This document shows positions 17,722 to 23,223 of a DNA stretch of 23,223 bases, piece by piece; the first letter of the stretch is position 1; every line of letters begins with the position of its first letter. Position numbers and translations under genes: made by a program. Source of the DNA: a virus; the IMG/VR virus record IMGVR_UViG_3300032103_000260, positions 1-23,223 of that record. One strand, 5' to 3'. Under the pieces are notes generated by a model. That model was not told where the DNA came from. It did not search any database and saw only the letters and a list, made by a program, of their open reading frames with translations.

Positions 17722-17868
17722 TTGTCGAAACAGGACTCGAACCTGTAAGAGTGGTAATTTTCTACCTCAACTATTAACCTGCTTTTCAGGTGCTTAATTA
17801 ATTAGCGTTGTTGCAAGGCATCAGTCAAACGATTTTAGCCACATGTTTACCAATTTCACCATCCGACA
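17722..17868 (-). tRNA. tRNA-Leu-like RNA with 84-nt insertion replacing the anticodon loop
   Basis: Acceptor TGTCGGA/TTCGACA plus discriminator A; TG; Leu-type D arm GTGAAATTGGTAAAC; anticodon stem GTGG/CCAC enclosing 84 nt; T arm ACAGG-TTCGAGT-CCTGT; no encoded CCA. Confidence 0.75.
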
Positions 17869-17910
17869 ATTTAAAACAAATTTAATCAATTTCTGATTAT
17901 TGTCAATATT

Positions 17911-18177
17911 TTACCCATAATATTTATATAATTCATCTGAAGTAATTTTCTTAACTTTAGGTTCTTCAATGTAGTTAAAATATGATATACACTCACCTTC
18001 AACACCATTTAAATGATGTATAGTATAATCTTCATATAACTTAATAATTGGAACAAATACCTTTTTTCTTATCTTATCATCATCAATGGGTAGTTGTATA
18101 ACATCCCTATTAACCTTTATTTCTTCTTTATCCGTTATTTTTGAATTAAATAATATTTAGCTATCAATTAAGAACAT
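17911..18177 (-). CDS. Small EGE-motif protein (in-frame TAA at 18157-18159)
   Basis: MFLIDS*ILFNSKITDKEE...HHLNGVEGECISYFNY...LYKYYG*. Confidence 0.55.
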
Positions 18178-18178
18178 A

Positions 18179-18478
18179 TTATTTACCGTATCTGTCTTTC
18201 AAAGTTTTTGTCAGTCTGTTCAATCTATCAGATGGAACTTCATTATCAATATACACAAAGCATTCACCTTCTTCTATATTATTTTTAATTCCAACAACAA
18301 CATCTTCATACATATCATTTTTGTATTGAAGTTTTTTGTAATAATTAGTTCTAAGAAACTCTACTCTAATTAGATTAAAGTTTACATCAGTTATATTATA
18401 TTTTACTAAATCATATTTATGCATATTCTTATACCATCCCCAAGTAAACCAAATTAAATCTTTTGTTTCTATTATCAT
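18179..18478 (-). CDS. Small EGE-motif protein
   Basis: 99 aa, NIEEGECFVY. Confidence 0.65.
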   Translation of the reverse strand: MIIETKDLIWFTWGWYKNMHKYDLVKYNITDVNFNLIRVEFLRTNYYKKLQYKNDMYEDVVVGIKNNIEEGECFVYIDNEVPSDRLNRLTKTLKDRYGK

Positions 18479-18672
18479 CTTTCACGAACAACAGTGATAA
18501 ATTCACCTTCTATTTGATTAGTATTATCATCAATCAAATAATTGATAATTTTACAAACATCATTTCTAAATTCACCTTTATTATAGTAGCCAGTGCTATA
18601 CATATACTCACTACAATTCTTAGGTCTTTTTTTACACCAATCAATTTTTCCAGTGGTATTTATAGTTATCAT
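18475..18672 (-). CDS. Small EGE-motif protein
   Basis: 65 aa, YLIDDNTNQIEGEFITV. Confidence 0.6.
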   Translation of the reverse strand: MITINTTGKIDWCKKRPKNCSEYMYSTGYYNKGEFRNDVCKIINYLIDDNTNQIEGEFITVVRER

Positions 18673-18949
18673 TTTTACTTCTTAAATTTCTTAATTCACT
18701 AACTTTACATTTAAATAATGTTGTTCTTTTATTTCTTGGATTATCTAAATATGCATATTCACCTTCAATTTTTTTCAGCACAAATTGAGCACCTTTAAAT
18801 GCCCATGAAATATGATATCTTTTTCCAATGATTGGTTTATCTGGAACATTAAAACTACCATCAACATCTGATTGTGTCTTTTTTGACCAATGCTTCTTAC
18901 CTGAAGTAAGAACATAAATCTGATTTTGTGTTAATGGCTTTAACTCCAC
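18641..18949 (-). CDS. Hypothetical protein (contains IEGEYAY)
   Basis: 102-aa ORF. Confidence 0.65.
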   Translation of the reverse strand: MELKPLTQNQIYVLTSGKKHWSKKTQSDVDGSFNVPDKPIIGKRYHISWAFKGAQFVLKKIEGEYAYLDNPRNKRTTLFKCKVSELRNLRSKNDNYKYHWKN

Positions 18950-19363
18950 ATTAATCTATTTTACAATAATCAAATCTCCAAAGTGGATAACCGTTTGATA
19001 CATTACAGTATTCCATAATCAAAATGATCTTTATTTTCTCACCCATGTAATGTATTCAGATAGAAAACCCTCTATCCGAATAGACTGTGCCAGTAGCTTC
19101 TTCATTCTTACCATTACGATAAGTTACATATCCATCATATAATATGGGTATTCGAATTTAGTTCTTTCAACTGGTTGATCAAACTCATCAAGAAACATTG
19201 GATAATAAATAGATTCTGATACATATATTTTTATTTAAATTGTGCCCAAATTATAAGTATAACACAGCCCCATGCAAGAATACCGTATCCAATTTCAAGT
19301 ATTCTTGGCATTTTTGTATATGTCCTAAAAAAAAGACAGTGATATGGGGCATTTAAAAATTCT

Positions 19364-19630
19364 TTAATCATCACCATATGGCTCTTCATAATATGATCTC
19401 ACAAACGGGTCTTGCTTGAATGTGTGAACAAATTCATATTGTTTTTCTTTTGGTATAGCATCTAGCATTTTACGAATTTCTGGTGTATCAGCAATTAGAT
19501 AACCACCAGTAAAGAATATTTCACCGTTTTTTTCAATAACAGGCATATGATTCTTTCTATTCATTCTGTTAGCTAACAAAGTAACTTCTTCGTAGCCATT
19601 AGATGATGGAGTGATATACAGTATTCTCAT
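19364..19630 (-). CDS. Hypothetical protein
   Basis: 88-aa ORF, ATGA overlap. Confidence 0.7.
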   Translation of the reverse strand: MRILYITPSSNGYEEVTLLANRMNRKNHMPVIEKNGEIFFTGGYLIADTPEIRKMLDAIPKEKQYEFVHTFKQDPFVRSYYEEPYGDD

Positions 19631-19857
19631 TTTTTATTTGTTTTGAATCTTCCACTTTTTAAAAAATTTGTTTTAATAACAGATTTCTTTTTTGTCTTAA
19701 CTTCTTCAATTACTTCGTTATAACCTGCTTCATCAAGTTCTTCTTCAATTTCTTTTTTTACTTCAATAGCACCAGACTTCTTTTTTACCCTTTTATGTTT
19801 TTTAGGTGATTTTTCAGTGATAAATCGACCTTTTATTTTTCTCAGAGTTCTGCTCAT
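19627..19857 (-). CDS. Small basic protein
   Basis: 76 aa, Lys-rich; first gene after a promoter. Confidence 0.65.
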   Translation of the reverse strand: MSRTLRKIKGRFITEKSPKKHKRVKKKSGAIEVKKEIEEELDEAGYNEVIEEVKTKKKSVIKTNFLKSGRFKTNKK

Positions 19858-19862
19858 AGTAT

Positions 19863-19891
19863 ATTATATGATAAAAGTTATAAAAAGGTTA
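19863..19891 (-). promoter_or_regulatory. Phage promoter TAACC-N16-CATATAAT
   Basis: One mismatch to consensus, just upstream of ATG 19857. Confidence 0.7.
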
Positions 19892-20172
19892 AAATGGATA
19901 TTCACCATAAGGAATTTTATGGAATTCTAATACCCATATAAGCCTAATATCATTAATCATGTTATCCAATTAAATCAATTAATTTTCTATTTCTAAGAAT
20001 CTTTTCTTTATTGTTATAAAACCAAATAATATCGTCAAATTTTTTCGAACTTGGTGAGATATCTTTAATTTCTTTAGATACTTTATCTGCAAGATCATTA
20101 AGATGTTTTTTATCTTCTTCCTATTGTCTTTCTCTTTCTTCGTCCATAATTCTACTTAGCGAACTTCCCATA

Positions 20173-20508
20173 TCATTTCTTGTTTTTTTGTTTTAAAAAT
20201 TCTTCAAAAGTACCACCTTTACTTCCACCATGACCATCCGATCTTGATGCCCATGATACATATTCATAATGCAAATCATGCTTTTCTTTCAACCAATCAA
20301 AATCATCTTCAGTGCATGGTTTAAATCCACAACCAATTAATGTTGTATAATCGTAAAGATTACCAACCCATTCACGATCAATATTATTCTTGTGAGTATA
20401 CTCATCACTATCTGTCATTTGAAAAATAGCATAATCTGTTGGTCTGTAAAAATATTTTGGATGATGGTATTTCCATTTACGAATATCTTCGTGAATCTCA
20501 AATGTCAT
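20173..20508 (-). CDS. Hypothetical protein
   Basis: 111-aa ORF. Confidence 0.7.
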   Translation of the reverse strand: MTFEIHEDIRKWKYHHPKYFYRPTDYAIFQMTDSDEYTHKNNIDREWVGNLYDYTTLIGCGFKPCTEDDFDWLKEKHDLHYEYVSWASRSDGHGGSKGGTFEEFLKQKNKK

Positions 20509-20758
20509 TTTCTGTATTGTTTTCCAGCCATATTACATTATTACTATAAGTAATTACTTCACTCTCAATAAATCTCGATGATGTTTTGGTGTGAATTAAA
20601 TATTGTTTAATTAGTTTTTTATTGATTACTACTTTGACATTATCATCGATATCTATTTTACTAATCCTAAACATATGCGATAAAATACTTTTCGGCTTAT
20701 AGTCTTTTTTTCTAACTATTAAAGACGCTAACCAATTCACAAATTTATCTACCACCAC
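20498..20758 (-). CDS. Hypothetical protein
   Basis: 86-aa ORF overlapping neighbours. Confidence 0.6.
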   Translation of the reverse strand: MVVDKFVNWLASLIVRKKDYKPKSILSHMFRISKIDIDDNVKVVINKKLIKQYLIHTKTSSRFIESEVITYSNNVIWLENNTENDI

Positions 20759-21003
20759 TTTTTATCTTTATGTATAGAATCAAAAAATGTATACAACAAT
20801 GCTGTTGTCATAAGACCTAACATACCATACCAGAAGTGGTATTCAATACCAATATAATTAAATATTAATTTTATAAATAATAAAAATATCAAACCGAATA
20901 CTGACATAAAAAATAAAAATCCTAACTTAGTGTCATCAATAAATTTAGGAAACCAATTTTTAAATTTGTTAAAAAAATCAGTCATTTGCTTATCAGTCCA
21001 CAT
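20749..21003 (-). CDS. Small membrane protein (2 TM)
   Basis: Two hydrophobic segments, LGFLFFMSVFGLIFLLFI and FWYGMLGLMTTALLYTFF. Confidence 0.7.
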   Translation of the reverse strand: MWTDKQMTDFFNKFKNWFPKFIDDTKLGFLFFMSVFGLIFLLFIKLIFNYIGIEYHFWYGMLGLMTTALLYTFFDSIHKDKKWW

Positions 21004-21008
21004 AATTA

Positions 21009-21287
21009 TTATTGGTTACGTTTTAGTGCTCTATTAATTTCAATACAGGCAACTCCTAATGCTGTAACTTTTCTTAGTACATCCATTATTTCTTTATTAC
21101 CTTCAGTGCCGACTCTTTCATCTTTAGTGGATGCAAGTGTTCTTGCTTTTGAAAGATATTCTTCCACCCACAAAATGAATGATGATGGATTATTGATTTC
21201 TTTGTTAAGATTATTCCAAAGTTTTTCTTGGTAATCTCTTTCAGTGTCAATTACTTGATACGCTTCTTGTTTGGTTAATTTATTCAT
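21009..21287 (-). CDS. Small helical protein, possibly MazG/NTP-pyrophosphatase-like
   Basis: IDTERDYQEKLW...WVEEYL...LRKVTALGVACIE pattern; functional call tentative. Confidence 0.55.
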   Translation of the reverse strand: MNKLTKQEAYQVIDTERDYQEKLWNNLNKEINNPSSFILWVEEYLSKARTLASTKDERVGTEGNKEIMDVLRKVTALGVACIEINRALKRNQ

Positions 21288-21298
21288 ATAATTTTTGA

Positions 21299-21547
21299 TT
21301 AAAATTTCACTTTATCGCTATAACAAATAGTTTTCTCTATCGTGTTGCCTTCTTCATCTTCAAAATATATTTTTTCCATAATTATATGGATTGTCCCATT
21401 ATTACATTTCATTAAAATTTGATAATAGTCTGGATTGTTATCAATCGATTTATTAAGTGATCTATAACTACCGAATTTTTTAATTAAGTTTTCATTATCA
21501 TCGATAGCCCAAATTTTTATTGTATCAGGTTTTTTTAATTTTGCCAT
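21299..21547 (-). CDS. Hypothetical protein
   Basis: 82-aa ORF. Confidence 0.6.
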   Translation of the reverse strand: MAKLKKPDTIKIWAIDDNENLIKKFGSYRSLNKSIDNNPDYYQILMKCNNGTIHIIMEKIYFEDEEGNTIEKTICYSDKVKF

Positions 21548-21905
21548 CTAACAATTCAGGATTTTCATATTTGTTACCTAAAACAACATATCTCGATGGA
21601 TTTAAATAAGAATTATTTATATATCCGTCTTCAATCCATCTAAGTGACCATATACCTATACTATTCCAAACTATCTCTGCAAGTACATTTTTTCTACCAC
21701 CATAATTAAAAGAAACAATATCATCTTCATATATTTCATTACCATTACGGTATTTTAAACCAGTAAATTGAAGTAGAATATAATTACCTTTAATTGCTCC
21801 TGTTCTGCAGTATCCTGATAATTCAAAAAAAATATCTCGACACAATTCAGGTGGATTCATTTCTTTGAATTCAACATCCCGTGCTTTAAATTTTATTGTT
21901 CTCAT
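21525..21905 (-). CDS. YopX-family phage protein
   Basis: MRTIKFKAR...LQFTGLKYRNGNEIYEDDIV...VLGNKYENPELL. Confidence 0.9.
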   Translation of the reverse strand: MRTIKFKARDVEFKEMNPPELCRDIFFELSGYCRTGAIKGNYILLQFTGLKYRNGNEIYEDDIVSFNYGGRKNVLAEIVWNSIGIWSLRWIEDGYINNSYLNPSRYVVLGNKYENPELLDGKIKKT

Positions 21906-21938
21906 TAAAAATTAGTTTATTCTTAAAGACCTATGGTA

Positions 21939-22073
21939 CTATGATATACATGTTAATGTAAGTAATTCTTTTCCAAGAATAATTTCACCTTCAAGTCTAC
22001 GAAAATAAAAAACATCAATTTCAAATGTGTTCCATGTTTTATTGAAGGATTTTGTGAAGGTATAAAACTTCAT
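21939..22073 (-). CDS. 44-aa EGE-motif protein
   Basis: MKFYTFTKSFNKTWNTFEIDVFYFRRLEGEIILGKELLTLTCIS*; FYFR...EGE as in 1127-1290. Confidence 0.5.
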   Translation of the reverse strand: MKFYTFTKSFNKTWNTFEIDVFYFRRLEGEIILGKELLTLTCIS

Positions 22074-22079
22074 AATTTT

Positions 22080-22108
22080 TAACCAAATTTAGTCAAAAAT
22101 CGTATAAT
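22080..22108 (+). promoter_or_regulatory. Phage promoter TAACC-N16-CGTATAAT (plus strand)
   Basis: Exact motif upstream of plus-strand ATG 22168. Confidence 0.75.
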
Positions 22109-22167
22109 ATAGTCTAAACATATAAAAAAATTTAAAAAAACCTTATTTTTACCAAAAATAGAAGATT

Positions 22168-22723
22168 ATGAAAATTACTGAGATTAATAATCGCTTACCT
22201 AAAAAGGTTAAATTAAACAAAAACTTTACTTTGGAAGAAAGTTTTTATGTTAATACTATCCTATTGGTAAAAGGTGCTAATATTGTTGATTGGGATGGTA
22301 AAAGTGAGAAATGCTACAAAGTTTTTGTAACTGCTCTGGCTGAAGATATGGATCATAACCGTTCAGTTGCAATAGCTGATTGGTTTGACAATAAATGGTG
22401 CTCCAACTAAAACATATTATGATGTAAATCGTAAACTTATCGATCAATGGGGTAATCTTAATGACGTAATTTACGTCATGGAAAATGATGATTGTTTTAA
22501 TCTTGTTGAAGATAGTAATAAACCAAAAATTCAATTCGCTATTGATGAATTGAATAAACTCGATGAAGAGTTGAAAAGAAAACACAATACCTTATATGGT
22601 GCATTAACAGTTGATGGACAAAACATAACTGAAAGGGTTAGGATTGGTGGTAAAATGGAAGGTATTGATTTAGCAATAAAAGAAATCAGAAGGCAATTAA
22701 ATGATTTACAGAATCAACTATAA
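22168..22723 (+). CDS. Hypothetical protein, probably one gene split by a frameshift at ~22392
   Basis: ORFs 22168-22410 and 22385-22723 overlap and join as ...ADWFDN/NGAPTKTYY... Confidence 0.6.
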
Positions 22724-22754
22724 ATTATATTTGACTTAGTGATAATCTAAATCA

Positions 22755-22967
22755 ATGAGTAGACAAATTAAAATATATAATAACTATACAAAAATTACCG
22801 TAAATGAAAACAATGGTAAAAGAATTTATTATATTCATAACAAAAAAAATATAATATTTTGTGATGGTTTTATTTTAGACTCTAATGAGTTTGGATTGTT
22901 AGGATTTAGAGAAGGTGAAAGAATATTTAAATTTGAAGAATTGTATTTGGACGGTTTGGAGGTTTAA
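22755..22967 (+). CDS. Small EGE-motif protein (plus strand)
   Basis: 70 aa, KRIYY...GLLGFREGERIFKF. Confidence 0.6.
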   Translation: MSRQIKIYNNYTKITVNENNGKRIYYIHNKKNIIFCDGFILDSNEFGLLGFREGERIFKFEELYLDGLEV

Positions 22968-23223
22968 AACTTTTATTTACCTCAATTAATATGCCTAAAA
23001 TAAAAAACATTGACGAGCAAAAAAAATCTTTATCTGCTCAGATAAAGCAAAAAGAATAATTTAAAGTTACACTTCAACGTAAAGTATCTAAATTAATTAA
23101 AAGTGATGATTCTAGTTTGGAAGATTTATATGATCAGATAAATAAATTAACCAATGAAATTTATGTTCTGAAAAATAAATATATGAAACTATAATCGATT
23201 CATATAGGTCATTCAACATCAGA

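Noticed and set aside
17722-17868. tmRNA or group I intron-containing tRNA
   Set aside because: It has a full D arm and is only 147 nt with no tag reading frame, and the 84-nt insert is too short for a group I core.
706-18177. Stop-codon reassignment (code 15 or code 4) suggested by in-frame stops
   Set aside because: The interrupting stops are a mix of TAA, TAG and TGA, all three also end genes normally (TAG at 3403-3405, many TAA, ATGA overlaps), and frameshifts are equally common. Sequence error fits better.
18955-19360. Short frameshifted ORF fragments (e.g. ...FEYPY..DGYVTYRNGKNEEATGTVYSDR)
   Set aside because: Probably coding, but boundaries cannot be fixed because of several indels, so not listed as features.
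2640-22585. Antisense ORFs in the track (2640-2882, 5124-5309, 7233-7439, 7330-7512, 8680-8868, 10776-11042, 11346-11609, 11735-11974, 15068-15259, 18463-18702, 20986-21234, 22277-22585)
   Set aside because: They are shadows of better-supported genes on the opposite strand, with no motifs or promoter context.
1215-22918. GAAGGTGA as a Shine-Dalgarno site or pure DNA repeat
   Set aside because: Distance to the next start codon is highly variable, it is always read as E-G-E, and variants are all synonymous. A secondary DNA role is not excluded.

Overview
AT-rich, gene-dense segment of what looks like a large (jumbo-type) lytic phage genome, probably infecting Bacteroidota. Host evidence: signal peptides followed by Gln, lipoboxes, A/T-rich leaders without Shine-Dalgarno sites, and three paralogs of a small-protein family I associate with Bacteroidota phages. 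It is mostly short minus-strand accessory ORFs with no structural or core replication genes. Recognisable genes: ART-PolyVal-type ADP-ribosyltransferase, radical SAM enzyme, DUF262/ParB-like protein, RNA 2'-phosphotransferase (KptA/Tpt1), NucA/EndoG-type nuclease, GIY-YIG/NUMOD1-like protein and YopX. The sequence looks noisy (homopolymer frameshifts, scattered in-frame stops of all three types), so several real genes are split or missing in the ORF track. Five things stand out. (1) About 18 small, highly diverged ORFs share an E-G-E-x-hydrophobic-x-(Y/F) motif. (2) A ~560-nt highly structured non-coding RNA has its own promoter and a boxA. (3) A tRNA-Leu-like RNA has an 84-nt insert in place of its anticodon loop, and shares the boxA and an identical 19-nt hairpin motif with the large RNA locus. 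(4) A radical SAM gene is followed by two paralogs with an invariant N-terminal DIITNSSSELFV motif. (5) There are eight copies of a fixed-spacing promoter, TAAC(C/T)-N16-CGTATAAT.
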